DNA of 64,000 nucleotides from an uncultured Pirellulales bacterium. Its GTDB lineage: Bacteria; Planctomycetota; Phycisphaerae; Sedimentisphaerales; Anaerobacaceae. Below the pieces are notes generated by a model. The model saw nothing but the letters and a program-made list of their open reading frames with translations. It was not told the DNA's origin and ran no database searches. A program made the position numbers and the translations under genes. The DNA lies in the NCBI GenBank assembly GCA_964462515.1, contig CAYWXK010000013.1, positions 4,675-68,674 on the forward strand, written 5' to 3'. This document shows, in pieces, positions 8,022 through 18,622 of the stretch. Position 1 is the first letter of the stretch; every line of letters begins with the position of its first letter.

Positions 8022-10691
8022 TTGGAGATTATTTTGCCTACTACAAGAGTTTATATTTTGGCCAATGAAATTGGTGTAAAAAGCTCGGCCATCGTCAAGA
8101 AGTGCCAGGATGAAGGTCTGGATGTTCAAAACCATATGGCAGTGATATCAGCAGGCCTGGCAGCCACCATTCGCGAGTGGTTTAGCGAGAGCGAGAACGT
8201 CACAACGGTTGAGACCGCAGAGAAGGTGAATTTGTCAAAGGTCCGAATCAAAAAGAAGCCCAAGCGCAAACAGCCCGAAGTAAAAGTCAAGAAAGCTGAA
8301 CAGCCGGAGCCAGTGGCCGAGCCTGTTAAGCCGGTGGAAATGCCGCCCGCTGTAGCAGAGGCTAAACCGGTTGAGCAGCAAGTAGCAGCGGTGGCGACCG
8401 CCGAGGAACCTAAAGTCAGCGCCCCATCTCCAGCACCGGTAATAGAGCAGCCGCCGGCGGAACAAAAGGTAACTGTTGAGCCGAAAAAGCCGCAGCCGGA
8501 AGTGATAATGCCCGCGGGTCCAATTTTGAAAAAGCCGGCACCGGCTCGCCTGACCGGCCCGAAAGTTGTTCGGATTGAGGCGCCTGAGCCGGTATATCGA
8601 CCCAAACCCAAATCGAGAGAAAGATACAACCTGCCTATCACCGAGCCGTTAATGTATGACCAGGATGAGCAGGACGAACCTGCCACGGTTTCTACCAAAG
8701 ATAAGAAGCGGCCGCCAAAGCGAATCAAAGACAGGACCCATGGGCGACAGCGAGACGACCGGGACGTTGATACTGCAAAAAGACCCAAATCAACTCTGAA
8801 ATGGCGTCAAAGGGATATCGAAGAAAGGCAAGCCCGACTTATTGCCGCTGGCGGCGAGGGAATGAGGTTAAGACCTCTGCGAAAAATCGCTGCAAAAACC
8901 AAACGCGAAACTACTGTTGCTGTCAGACCTCAAAAAGCTCTCGTCAGCGAGCCGATTATTGTAAAGGATTTATCCGCAGCTCTGGCGGTTAAATCGTCCG
9001 ACATTATCAGCAAGCTGATGCAGCACGGCGTAATAGCCACAGTCAATCAGCCTATTGCAAAGGATGTTGCTGAGCTGATTGCACTTGAATTCGATACCGA
9101 GCTGGTAGTGCAGAAAAGAACCACTCTGGAGGAACAAATACAACACGAATTCGAGCAACGTTCTAAAACCAATCTCAAAAAACGCGGCGTCGTCGCTGCG
9201 GTGCTCGGCCACGTTGACCACGGCAAAACCAGCTTGCTTGATAAAATTCGCTCGACGCAAGTAGCTGCCCACGAAGCAGGCGGCATAACCCAGCACATCG
9301 GTGCCTCCCAGGTTACCTGGGACGGCAAGACGGTAACATTCCTCGACACCCCTGGACACGAGGCATTTACGGCTATGCGGGCCAGAGGCGCTAATATGAC
9401 TGATGTCGTTGTGCTGGTCGTTGCTGCCGACGACGGCGTAATGCCCCAAACCATTGAGGCAATTGCTCACAGCAGAGCTGCGAAAGTTCCAATTATCGTG
9501 GCATTAAACAAAATAGACCTGCCCGGCTGCGACATAAATCGTATTTATGCTCAGCTCGCTGAGCAAGGCCTCGCGCCGACCGAATGGGGAGGCCAGACGG
9601 AAGTTGTGAAAACCAGCGCCATTACAGGTCAGGGCATAAATAATTTGCTCGAAGCCCTCGATTACGTCTCTGAATTGCTTGAGCTTAAAACCGACGACAC
9701 AATCCCGGCAACAGGATGGGTCGTCGAAGCCAAAATATCGCAACAATGTGGTCCGGCAGCAACGTTTTTGATTAAGGAAGGACACCTCGATAAGGGCGAC
9801 ATAATACTGGCCGGCACAACCTGCGGCAGAGTCAAATCAATGAAAGACAGTTTCACCAAAAGCATCAAAATAGCTACAAGCCCTATGCCGGTTGAAATAA
9901 CGGGCCTGGACGGCGTACCCCAGGCAGGTGACAGGTTCTACTGCCTGGACGACATCAATAAAGCTAAGGCCGCCGCTGAGCAAAATAAGACTCGTTTGAG
10001 AGAAAACTCGCTTGTCACACGAACGCAGGTAACTCTCGATAACCTGTTTACTCAGATGGAAGCCGGAAAGACCAAAGAATTGAGTCTTATCCTCCGCGCG
10101 GATGTGCAGGGTTCTGTCGATGTCCTCAAGAAATATCTTTCTGAGCTCAGCACCAATGAAGTAAAGATTAATATCCTGCACGCAGCAACCGGCGGCGTTA
10201 CAGAAGGTGACGTTGTGCTCGCTGAGGCGTCAAACGCCATCATAATTGGTTTTAACGTGGTTGCCGAAGAACACGTAGCCAAAATGACAGAAACCAAAGG
10301 CGTTGAGATAAGATTCTACAACATTATCTATCGCATAACCGAAGACCTGCAAAAATCTATGACCGGCTTACTTGAGCCACAAGAGCAGGAGAAAATTATC
10401 GGCAGGGCGACCGTCAGGGCAACCTTCAAAGTTTCACGCATCGGCACAGTGGCCGGCTGCTACGTTAGCAGCGGACAAGTAAATAAAAATGCCAAGGCGC
10501 GGTTGATACGTGACAACATTGTGCTAAAAGACAGCCTGAGTATTGAATCCCTCAAGCATTTCAAAGACGATGCCCGTGAAGTCAAAGCAGGCCTGGAATG
10601 TGGCATTAAGATAGCAGGATTTGACGATATTAAACTCGATGACGTTTTTGAATTCTACGAAATCATTAAGGTAGCCAGAACTCTTCAATAG
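8022..10691 (+). CDS. infB: translation initiation factor IF-2
   Basis: IF2_N-like N-terminus and a Pro/Ala/Lys-rich linker. G-domain motifs [20 protein letters not shown] and NKID. C-terminal beta-barrel domains. The listed start is a TTG at 8022, so the exact start is uncertain. Confidence 0.92.
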   Translation: MEIILPTTRVYILANEIGVKSSAIVKKCQDEGLDVQNHMAVISAGLAATIREWFSESENVTTVETAEKVNLSKVRIKKKPKRKQPEVKVKKAEQPEPVAEPVKPVEMPPAVAEAKPVEQQVAAVATAEEPKVSAPSPAPVIEQPPAEQKVTVEPKKPQPEVIMPAGPILKKPAPARLTGPKVVRIEAPEPVYRPKPKSRERYNLPITEPLMYDQDEQDEPATVSTKDKKRPPKRIKDRTHGRQRDDRDVDTAKRPKSTLKWRQRDIEERQARLIAAGGEGMRLRPLRKIAAKTKRETTVAVRPQKALVSEPIIVKDLSAALAVKSSDIISKLMQHGVIATVNQPIAKDVAELIALEFDTELVVQKRTTLEEQIQHEFEQRSKTNLKKRGVVAAVLGHVDHGKTSLLDKIRSTQVAAHEAGGITQHIGASQVTWDGKTVTFLDTPGHEAFTAMRARGANMTDVVVLVVAADDGVMPQTIEAIAHSRAAKVPIIVALNKIDLPGCDINRIYAQLAEQGLAPTEWGGQTEVVKTSAITGQGINNLLEALDYVSELLELKTDDTIPATGWVVEAKISQQCGPAATFLIKEGHLDKGDIILAGTTCGRVKSMKDSFTKSIKIATSPMPVEITGLDGVPQAGDRFYCLDDINKAKAAAEQNKTRLRENSLVTRTQVTLDNLFTQMEAGKTKELSLILRADVQGSVDVLKKYLSELSTNEVKINILHAATGGVTEGDVVLAEASNAIIIGFNVVAEEHVAKMTETKGVEIRFYNIIYRITEDLQKSMTGLLEPQEQEKIIGRATVRATFKVSRIGTVAGCYVSSGQVNKNAKARLIRDNIVLKDSLSIESLKHFKDDAREVKAGLECGIKIAGFDDIKLDDVFEFYEIIKVARTLQ

Positions 10692-10810
10692 CAGCCGTCA
10701 ATCGGTAGCAGGTAAATTGCTTGGGCCCGGCCCAAGCAGGTAATTTTCTGTGAGCTTAAGTCCACATTTCAATGTTGAGGGCGTTAACTACTGAATATTA
10801 ACGACTAATT

Positions 10811-11200
10811 ATGACAACCCGAAGGCAGGAAAGGGTAGCTCGCATGATAAAGGAAGCAACCAGCGATGCTATCCGCAATCATCTTAACGACCCTCGTATC
10901 GAAGGATTGGTGAGCGTTACGAGGGTTGATGTAGCTGCTGATTTACGCAGTGCCAATGTGTATATTAGCATCCTGGGCAAAAATTGTGCAGCAGAGAACA
11001 AAACTTTCATTGCAATAGAGCACGCAAAGGGCAGAATACAATCTCTGCTGGCTGATAAGCTCCGGATTAAATTCTGTCCTGTTTTGCATTTTTACAAAGA
11101 TGACAAATTCAAAAAAACACTGGAAACTTTAAAACTTATAGACCAGGCAATCAGTGAAATGGAAAAGAAAGACCGGCACAGTAACACACCCGAGCAATAA
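10811..11200 (+). CDS. rbfA: ribosome-binding factor A
   Basis: RVARMIKEATSDAIRNHLNDPRIEGLVSVTRVDVAADLRSANVYISILG matches the RbfA family. It follows infB, as in canonical operons. Confidence 0.85.
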   Translation: MTTRRQERVARMIKEATSDAIRNHLNDPRIEGLVSVTRVDVAADLRSANVYISILGKNCAAENKTFIAIEHAKGRIQSLLADKLRIKFCPVLHFYKDDKFKKTLETLKLIDQAISEMEKKDRHSNTPEQ

Positions 11201-11244
11201 AGTGTTAAAATGGTAAATAGTTCTATCTTCCTTTTAAGGCTTTT

Positions 11245-11934
11245 ATGAAAAATAGTAAGGAATATTCCAAGAAAGTGCTGCGGTTATATCGCTCACTGAA
11301 ACCTAAATATCCAAAAGTTGAAAAGGTTGTCTATGAGGAGCCTGTGGACGCACTGGTTTACGGAATCATTGCCGAGAATATAACTGAGGCGGCCGCTCAA
11401 GCTGCGATGAAAAGATTGGCTGAACATTTTGTTGATTTGAACGATTTGCGTGTTTCACGACCCAAAGAGATTATTGAAGTCCTCGGTGAAAGCTCATCCG
11501 TTACACGAGCGATAGCTTCGTCACTTATCAAAGTTTTGAAAGCTATATTCGACGGATACCACAAAATTAGTCTGGAGGCACTGAAGAAAATCGGTAAGCG
11601 CCCGGCCAGACACGTCATCGAAAAAATAAATGATATCAGCCGCTTTGTGGTCGATTATTGTATGCTTACTGCGCTGCAGGGGCACGCTATACCGCTGACG
11701 CAGACAATGATTGAGTTCTTAAGACACAACAAGCTGGTTAACCCCAACGCCGACCAGGAACAGATAGCAGGCTTTTTGGCTAAACAAACCCCGGCCCCAA
11801 ATGCTTATGAGTTTTATACCCTTTTGCGCCGCACAAGCGAATCCAGCAAGAGAAGCACGGAAAGGAAAAAAGCTGCTTGCAAAACACAACCGAGAGCATC
11901 AACTGAAGCAGTAAAGCAGGAAACTGAAACATAA
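11245..11934 (+). CDS. hypothetical protein (basic, K/R-rich C-terminus)
   Basis: 229-aa ORF with a codon usage consistent with its neighbours. No recognisable motif. It occupies the position where truB often sits after rbfA. Confidence 0.45.
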   Translation: MKNSKEYSKKVLRLYRSLKPKYPKVEKVVYEEPVDALVYGIIAENITEAAAQAAMKRLAEHFVDLNDLRVSRPKEIIEVLGESSSVTRAIASSLIKVLKAIFDGYHKISLEALKKIGKRPARHVIEKINDISRFVVDYCMLTALQGHAIPLTQTMIEFLRHNKLVNPNADQEQIAGFLAKQTPAPNAYEFYTLLRRTSESSKRSTERKKAACKTQPRASTEAVKQETET

Positions 11935-11964
11935 AAAACGAAACAACTTTTCTTAAGGTTTAAG

Positions 11965-12840
11965 ATGCCAGAACAAATATTAAAATTAGGTATTCCCACA
12001 GGCAGCCTGCAAAAGGCAACGATTAAACTTTTCCGCAAAGCCGGCTTCCACATTCTGGACTCCGAACGAAGCTATTTGCCTCGAATTGATGATGAGCAAA
12101 TCAATCTTGTTATGCTGCGGGCCCAGGAAATGGGCAAATACGTCGGGGACGGCGTCCTCGACGCAGGCATCACAGGCTATGACTGGATAATGGAAAGTAG
12201 CTGCGATGTCGTGGATGTCTGCGAACTGCCGTATAGTAAAACTACCAGCAACCCCGCCAGATGGGTCCTGGCCGTTCCTGAAGAATCAAAGGTCAAGTCG
12301 CCTGCTGATTTGCACGGCGGTATCATCGCAACCGAGCTGGTCAATGTAACAAAAAAATACTTCGCAGATAAAAACATCGATGTAAAGGTCGAGTTTAGCT
12401 GGGGCTCTACCGAGGTAAAGGCCCGCCTGGTCGATGCTATAGTTGAGCTTACCGAGACCGGCGCCTCCCTGCGCGCAAATAACCTGCGGATAATTGATAC
12501 CGTGATAACATCCACAAGCAGACTTATCGCAAATAAGCAATCTTGGAAGGATAAATTCAAAAAGGAAAAAATAGAAAATATTTCTATACTACTTAATGCT
12601 GCTATTGAGGCCCGCAACAAGGTGGGATTGAAAATGAACGTCCGAAAGAAAGACCTCGACCGCGTCCTCAAGATTCTCCCTGCTGAAAAAAGCCCGACCA
12701 TTTCGAGTCTGGCTGACCCCGATTACATTGCGCTGGAAGTGATTATTGATGACAAAATCGAACGCACCCTCGTCCCCGCCCTCAAACGCGCCGGCGCCTC
12801 AGGCATAATAACTTATCCACTCAATAAGGTTATACACTGA
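11965..12840 (+). CDS. hisG: ATP phosphoribosyltransferase (long form)
   Basis: LKLGIPTGSLQKATIKLFRKAGF..., the PRPP-binding ELTETGASLRANNL motif, and a C-terminal regulatory domain of about 80 aa. Confidence 0.85.
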   Translation: MPEQILKLGIPTGSLQKATIKLFRKAGFHILDSERSYLPRIDDEQINLVMLRAQEMGKYVGDGVLDAGITGYDWIMESSCDVVDVCELPYSKTTSNPARWVLAVPEESKVKSPADLHGGIIATELVNVTKKYFADKNIDVKVEFSWGSTEVKARLVDAIVELTETGASLRANNLRIIDTVITSTSRLIANKQSWKDKFKKEKIENISILLNAAIEARNKVGLKMNVRKKDLDRVLKILPAEKSPTISSLADPDYIALEVIIDDKIERTLVPALKRAGASGIITYPLNKVIH

Positions 12841-12882
12841 TTTGTAGAGAAAAAGCTACCGAAAGCGGAAAGAGGTGGAAAA

Positions 12883-14007
12883 ATGAAGGACATCGTTTCG
12901 TGTATTGTAAACCTTCGCTCAAAGCTCGACCGGTACCGAAAAGAAGACCTAAAGGAGTATCCAACACGAACAATATTCGTAGACCCACTATTACAGTCTC
13001 TTGGTTGGGACGTAAGAGATACTGATGAGGTGCAACTTGAATACCCAACGATTGATGGAAAAGCGGTTGACTATGCGCCGAAAATAAATCGCAAACCGGT
13101 TCTATTCATAGAAGCCAAACCATTGAATGATCCGCTTACAGAAGTTAAATCTATTACACAGGTAGTCGGGTACGCAGCGAACGCTGGCGTTGAGTGGTGC
13201 ATCTTGACTAACGGTGTCATTTACAAGGTCTACCGAAGTACGGAAAAAGCAGAGGCCCCAGACAAGCTACTTTTCGAAGTTTCAATAGATCCCAAAGAAT
13301 CTGAAGACAGGTCAGTTGAACAAATTGCGGAACAATTCAACCGTTTCTCGAGAGACGCGATGGCAAAGGGGATTCTTGATGAAATTGGAGAGCAGGTGTT
13401 TACCACTGGGAAAATTCGCAAGGCTCTGGATAAACTTTTTCAAGATCCACCGTCCAAATTGATCAGAATTATCCGGTCAGCTGTCGCTGACGAGTCAATT
13501 AAGCCCACACAAATACAGGCAGCCCTCAAAAGACTATGGGCTCCGTCGTCGGAGGTTGAGGTATCTCCAACCTATCCTTGTGACAAATATTCGGAAAAGA
13601 CCGGTCCAAAACACATAAGGGCAAAAGATTACGGGGAAGACCACCACATAAAAGGGAAACCACGAGAGGTTGTAGAACTGTTTCGGATGCTTGATAAGTT
13701 TTGCAGGGAATTGGGCCCAACAAGTGTAGAAAAAAGGTACCTCAAGAAGTATGTTAGCTACGCACATGGTAAGGATATCTTCTGCTGTGTGCATCTTCAG
13801 AAAAGTGGGCTTCGGATCTGGTTAAAGCTGAATTACTCGCGTTTAGAAAACCCACCTGACTATGTCCGTGACGTTTCGAACATAGGCCACTGGGGAACTG
13901 GTGATGTTGAGGTTAGAATAGACACCCTCCAAAAGTTGGAGACATCTACACCCTTTATTAGACAATCTTTTGAAGAAAATAAGCAGACTCATAGGCAACC
14001 GAGCTGA
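12883..14007 (+). CDS. HsdR_N-like PD-(D/E)xK nuclease-domain protein with uncharacterised C-terminal domain (DUF5655-like)
   Basis: N-terminus TRTIFVDPLLQSLGWDVRD...GKAVDYAPKINRKPVLFIEAKP...VEWCILTNGVIYKVY matches the type I restriction enzyme R-subunit N-terminal domain, with D..(E)AK catalytic residues. C-terminal 150 aa conserved-looking but unassigned. The gene has a strong RBS (AGAGGTGG). Confidence 0.6.
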   Translation: MKDIVSCIVNLRSKLDRYRKEDLKEYPTRTIFVDPLLQSLGWDVRDTDEVQLEYPTIDGKAVDYAPKINRKPVLFIEAKPLNDPLTEVKSITQVVGYAANAGVEWCILTNGVIYKVYRSTEKAEAPDKLLFEVSIDPKESEDRSVEQIAEQFNRFSRDAMAKGILDEIGEQVFTTGKIRKALDKLFQDPPSKLIRIIRSAVADESIKPTQIQAALKRLWAPSSEVEVSPTYPCDKYSEKTGPKHIRAKDYGEDHHIKGKPREVVELFRMLDKFCRELGPTSVEKRYLKKYVSYAHGKDIFCCVHLQKSGLRIWLKLNYSRLENPPDYVRDVSNIGHWGTGDVEVRIDTLQKLETSTPFIRQSFEENKQTHRQPS

Positions 14008-14112
14008 ACCCGTATAAAAGCGTCATCAGGTAAAACACGCATCCAGCGTTTGCTTGTATTTCCTCGTTTTGCATGGGAAGAAAGAGCGAGACCTAACACA
14101 GATTTTATCTGC

Positions 14113-14670
14113 TCATTTTGCTCTGGCGACGTATGAGCCGTCTTCGGTGCTGATACGGACAACTTCGCCGACTTCAATAAACGGCGGGACGCGAGTTTTC
14201 AGTCCTGTTTCAAGAACAGCTTCTTTCATTTGATTTGTCGCTGTCGCCCCCCTCGGCATCGGAGTTGTTTCTGTAACCGTCAGCTCGACCACCTTCGGCA
14301 GCTCTATCGCAACGATGTTACCCTCGTGTATCAAAGTGGTCAAAGGCGTATTGGGCTTGAGGAATTTTGCGGAGTCCCCGACCAAATCAGCAGGGATATT
14401 AACCTGGTCGTAGGATTGGTTATCCATAAGGACGTGGCCCGAACCGTCAGAGTAAAGATACTCCATATCACGTTTGTCGAGGAATGCCTCGTTAAGCTCT
14501 TCGGTGGAGCGGAGCCGTTTTTCGATTATTATGCCGTCCGCCAGACAGCGCAGTTTAACCTGCACAAACGCGCGCAAATTTCCAGGCGTCACGTGAACTG
14601 CCTGAACGCATATATATAGCTTACCATCCAGAGTAACAGCCATACCTGTCCGTAAATCATTAGCCTTCAC
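14113..14670 (-). CDS. efp: elongation factor P
   Basis: Three-domain EF-P aligns along its length with E. coli EF-P. The conserved modification loop reads VTPGNLRAF, where E. coli has VKPGKGQAF. Confidence 0.88.
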   Translation of the reverse strand: MKANDLRTGMAVTLDGKLYICVQAVHVTPGNLRAFVQVKLRCLADGIIIEKRLRSTEELNEAFLDKRDMEYLYSDGSGHVLMDNQSYDQVNIPADLVGDSAKFLKPNTPLTTLIHEGNIVAIELPKVVELTVTETTPMPRGATATNQMKEAVLETGLKTRVPPFIEVGEVVRISTEDGSYVARAK

Positions 14671-14708
14671 ACTAATTCTCCTACGATACTCATAGCGTTT
14701 AACAAAAC

Positions 14709-14748
14709 GTCATTGCGAGCCCACCGTTGTTTGGTGGGCGAAGCAATC
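14709..14748. repeat. 'gtcattgcgagcc-caccgttgtttggtgg-gcgaagcaatc' hairpin element
   Basis: Same conserved flanks as the 31080 and 58304 elements, but with a different stem sequence. It lies in the miaA/efp intergenic region. Confidence 0.6.
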
Positions 14749-15209
14749 TAAATTCCAACGGCAGCAATATTACAGGTGCACTTCTCAGACCCCGCAATGA
14801 CAACCATTCAAATAACATTTTACTACCGGTACTATAACTTTATATTCGGCTTATTTTAATAGCTACCTTTCGCATTTTTCAGGCAGCCAACTTTGATGAA
14901 CAGCAAGCAAAAACATACCAACCTTCCGATAAATCCCTTAGGGATAACAAGAAAGTAAGGCTGCCATCGACACAATAATCAGTATAGCGACACAGACGGA
15001 TATTATTCAATACTTTTTGCCAACCTTCACAAACCCCTCAGTCGAAATCAAAATTGGTTTCGGCTGTCTTAAACCCCACCCATTCAGTTTCCTTGGGCAG
15101 AGTCTTTAACCCATCGAGCGTTGCCTTCAAGTTTCCTATATCCATAATTGCGTCTCATTCATTTGCATCTAACTTACCCTTATGAGTTTACCTGATATGC
15201 TGCCGAAAA

Positions 15210-16148
15210 TCAATCTTCGGCTGGATACCTTAATAGAGATTTTGTTTGGTTAAAGATTTTTTCCGGGGGGTCTTCGGTGGCGATGTCGAGCCAGTGGACA
15301 TTTTTGAAGGTTTTGAACCAGGTTCGCTGACCTTTCGCCAGACGGCGGGTGTTCTTCTTTATAAGCTCGATTGCATCCTCCAAAGTCTGCCGGCCGGCCA
15401 GATAGTTGATTATCTCAGCGTAACCGATTGCACATCGAGCTTGTTTGCTCAGGGGTTTTTCTTCGGCCAGCAGCCGATTAACTTCATCGACAAGGCCATC
15501 CGCAATCATCTTTTTAACCCGTTTGTTTATTCGGCTGTTAGTGTCGGTTTTTTCTCTTCGCAGGCCGATTATCGTCCAATCATGCAAAGTCCTTTCAGCA
15601 GCGAATTGTTTCTGAAGGCTTGAGATAGGTCTGCCTGTGAGATGATAGACCTCGAGTGCCCTGATTATGCGTTTGGCATCGCTGAGACTGATGCGGTCGG
15701 CGGCTGCCGGGTCAATTTTTGTTAACTCGCTGTGCAGTTCTGCCAGGCCTTCGGTCTGCGCTCGCATCCGCAATTGTTCACGGAACTGTTCATCGGTTCC
15801 TGGACCCTTGAAAAGGCCATATAACAGGGCCTTTAAGTAGAGAGCAGTTCCGCCGACCGCGATGATGGGCTTGTTGCGATTTTTTATCTGCTCTATTGCC
15901 TCAAGAGCAGCATCGAGGAAGGCTGCCACGCTGAAGGATTCAGAGGGTTCAACTATGTCAATTAAGTGGTATTTAATTCGCTGGCGGGCATCCCTGGGCG
16001 GCTTGGCGGTGCCGATGTCCATCCGGCAATACACTTTCATCGAGTCGATACTGATTATTTCGCCACCGAGGCTTTGGGCCAGGTCAAAAGCTAATTGCCC
16101 CTTGCCGGATGCAGTGGTGCCGAGGATTAAAAACATACTGGAGTTCAT
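15210..16148 (-). CDS. miaA: tRNA dimethylallyltransferase
   Basis: P-loop LILGTTASGKG, then IISIDSMKVYCRMDIGTAKPP, and MiaA C-terminal helices. Confidence 0.88.
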   Translation of the reverse strand: MNSSMFLILGTTASGKGQLAFDLAQSLGGEIISIDSMKVYCRMDIGTAKPPRDARQRIKYHLIDIVEPSESFSVAAFLDAALEAIEQIKNRNKPIIAVGGTALYLKALLYGLFKGPGTDEQFREQLRMRAQTEGLAELHSELTKIDPAAADRISLSDAKRIIRALEVYHLTGRPISSLQKQFAAERTLHDWTIIGLRREKTDTNSRINKRVKKMIADGLVDEVNRLLAEEKPLSKQARCAIGYAEIINYLAGRQTLEDAIELIKKNTRRLAKGQRTWFKTFKNVHWLDIATEDPPEKIFNQTKSLLRYPAED

Positions 16149-16256
16149 AACTTGGATAAATATAACACAATAGCCAGCAAAGCCGTTGTGCCGGACTCAG
16201 AGTGACAGTTTTGAGACAGTTACGTGTTCACCAGTCCCGACTTGTCGGGATTCTTT

Positions 16257-18218
16257 TTATGCCGGTTCAGTTTGGGCAACGGTTTTTTGTCCTAACTGAG
16301 TATTGAAAAATTTCACGAGTGCAGCAGCTAATCCATCAATACTACCTCCGCCGCCGGTAACCAATACATCAGGCATAAACTTTGCTTTACCATCAGAAAG
16401 CACAGTTGCAACGTTTACTAAAGCCGTAGGCATCTGCCCTAATGCTTCAACCTGGGCCCTATAAGCCTTGGCTCTCGCCATTCCAACGGCCTCAACTTGT
16501 GCGCCCTGTGCCTTACCTGTTTTTTCAATGTAAGAGGCCTCACCTCCGCCTTCAGCCTCCCGGGCTTTAGCATTGTTTGTTTTTATCTGAATGCCTACCT
16601 GAGACTTGGCAAGGTCAGCCTGCATGTCAGCAGTTCCTCTTGCCTTTTCTGTTTCAATTCGCTGGTCTTGAGCTTCTCTTTGCATTTTAAATGTTGCTTT
16701 TTGCTGGTTGGCAATTTCCCTGTCAGTCAATACCGCAACGAGAGCTTCAGGAAGAATGACATCCTGAATGTAGACGCCTTTTGTTTCTATTTCATAATCC
16801 TCAAGCTTTCCTCTGATATGTTCATAAGCTTCTTCCTGAACTTTCTGACGAGTCTCGATAAATTTTACAGCAGGCATGCTTTGCATTTTGTCTCTGAAAT
16901 GATTTCCAACAGCCGCCTGCAACACTTCGCTGACCAGATTAGCCATACTTCCAACAATAGAGATAACTTTAGGAGCTTTTGTATCAGCCACGTGAATCTG
17001 TACCTGCAAGTCAATTGTAAATACAAATCCCTCGCAACTTTTTGCGACTATCGACTTTAGGTGCTGGTCTAACTTGTGAGCTTGAGAAACAGCTTCTGCC
17101 CAGTTAAGCGTCAGTATGCACGTTGGAACAATTTCTGCCTGATAACAATGAGGATTTATGGGGTATTTTCCAGTTCTAAGTGGCTCTTCCCAGATGCCTC
17201 TATGTCCCGGCTTTACCAAAGTTCCGAACTTAAACTCGACGCCGGAAGTGTCTTCAGGAACCAAACCAACATACGACTTAATGACAGCCACTTCTCCCTG
17301 CTCAACAACTAACATTGGAACAAGCTCTACAGAAACAAGGAAGGGATTCAGGTTGTAAGCGCCATAAAGCAGAGGGTCATGTTGAAGGCCAATTCTGCCG
17401 CCACTATCCAAAAACGCCTGAAAGTCCTGATAGTTATTATGTTTTTCATTTTGGCTTCCAAGCACCGCCTCAATGAGCTGCGAATTATTAGCTCCCTGGC
17501 TTTCCAAATTTTCAATGTCAGAAAAACCTCCCAATCTGCCGGCAATACTGCCTGGAGGCAAAGGCTGGCCTTCGTAGGTTGTGACAATCCCAACAATATC
17601 AGTTAAGTGACCATCCGCGCTTCTACCTGGCTGAGGTTCTATTCGCACAACATTTAATCGCCCGGGGTCAAGGCCAAACGACGCTGGTGTCAGAAACCCT
17701 CTTTTATCCGCTAACCTTTGAAACTCAGGAGCTACTGGAACGCCGTAGGTCTTGTCTTTCGTGAGCACCAAAAAAGCGACCGGGTGAATTGGAACCAATG
17801 TTCCAGGAGAAAAAACAGGTCTCTGCACGCCCTTTTGCCCGCCGTTCTCAATAAAATGTTTTAGGCCGGTAAAATTGCCAAATTCATTTTTGTAGGCAGC
17901 AGATTTTGCTCCTATCGGCAGAGGTTGACCAACTTGAGCAATCACAACACCAATCTGGCCAGCCGGAATTTGGACCCACGGAAATTTCTTCACAGAATAC
18001 AAGACCCAGAGTTTAATCCTCCAGCCGGGCATCAGCAACTCTGCTTGATAACCGGCTTCTCCCTTAAACGCGATAGGGTTATCCTCTCTAAGTTTCTTGA
18101 AAGAAAACCTTTTTGTCACCAGGCCTACTTCTGTTGGCCCGATTATGCGAATCGACGGCAAAAGCAAGATCAAAACAAACAAAAGGGCCAATCCTAAAAT
18201 TTCGTTTACTGTGCCCAT
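16257..18218 (-). CDS. SPFH/band-7 (flotillin-like) membrane protein
   Basis: N-terminal TM segment, then an SPFH domain (IGPTEVGLVTKRF...). Long C-terminal coiled-coil with an Ala/Glu-rich flotillin-like region. Start refined to the ATG at 18218 with a GAGGAG RBS. Confidence 0.75.
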   Translation of the reverse strand: MGTVNEILGLALLFVLILLLPSIRIIGPTEVGLVTKRFSFKKLREDNPIAFKGEAGYQAELLMPGWRIKLWVLYSVKKFPWVQIPAGQIGVVIAQVGQPLPIGAKSAAYKNEFGNFTGLKHFIENGGQKGVQRPVFSPGTLVPIHPVAFLVLTKDKTYGVPVAPEFQRLADKRGFLTPASFGLDPGRLNVVRIEPQPGRSADGHLTDIVGIVTTYEGQPLPPGSIAGRLGGFSDIENLESQGANNSQLIEAVLGSQNEKHNNYQDFQAFLDSGGRIGLQHDPLLYGAYNLNPFLVSVELVPMLVVEQGEVAVIKSYVGLVPEDTSGVEFKFGTLVKPGHRGIWEEPLRTGKYPINPHCYQAEIVPTCILTLNWAEAVSQAHKLDQHLKSIVAKSCEGFVFTIDLQVQIHVADTKAPKVISIVGSMANLVSEVLQAAVGNHFRDKMQSMPAVKFIETRQKVQEEAYEHIRGKLEDYEIETKGVYIQDVILPEALVAVLTDREIANQQKATFKMQREAQDQRIETEKARGTADMQADLAKSQVGIQIKTNNAKAREAEGGGEASYIEKTGKAQGAQVEAVGMARAKAYRAQVEALGQMPTALVNVATVLSDGKAKFMPDVLVTGGGGSIDGLAAALVKFFNTQLGQKTVAQTEPA

Positions 18219-18622
18219 AATAATTCTCCTCAACCCCGTTAGAAAAACGGCTTTCCGTTCTAACGGGGTCAACTAAAAATCTGCGTTTTTAAGGGAACTC
18301 CACAAATACCGATTTACTGCATTTCTTGAACCACATTCCTATACGCTATTCAGCAATTTCACCCTTTAACCAAAAATATAATAGCCAACTGTGACATTAC
18401 ACGCAATCTTTACCGCCGTCAACCATAAATTCCTCTGAATCGTTGGTTTTCTGTTGACGGCAGTCTTTCTTTTCCGGAGGCAATGTTGGACAGAATTAAA
18501 ACCATATTTGCGTTCATAATTTGCTGTAAAAATCTGCGACAATAAATATAATACAGGGCTGAGTTAAAAACACAACCCCGCACCGTATGGTGCAGGGCCA
18601 GGATTTCAAAAAGGAAATATTT

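Noticed and set aside
8126-9470. Long minus-strand ORFs (220 aa, 166 aa, 135 aa) inside infB
   Set aside because: They lie antisense within the IF-2 Pro/Ala-rich linker and G-domain. Their Gly/Ser/Thr-rich low-complexity translations are artefacts.
10719-10737. Hairpin gcttgggcc-cgg-ggcccaagc after the infB stop as a terminator
   Set aside because: It is followed by only a weak U-tract (aggtaattttct), and rbfA lies 70 nt downstream in the same operon. At most it is a pause or attenuator site, so it is not annotated as a terminator.
16497-17606. Plus-strand ORFs (187 aa and smaller) antisense to the flotillin-like gene
   Set aside because: Cys/Phe/Leu-rich nonsense-like translations. The opposite strand encodes a coherent SPFH domain protein.
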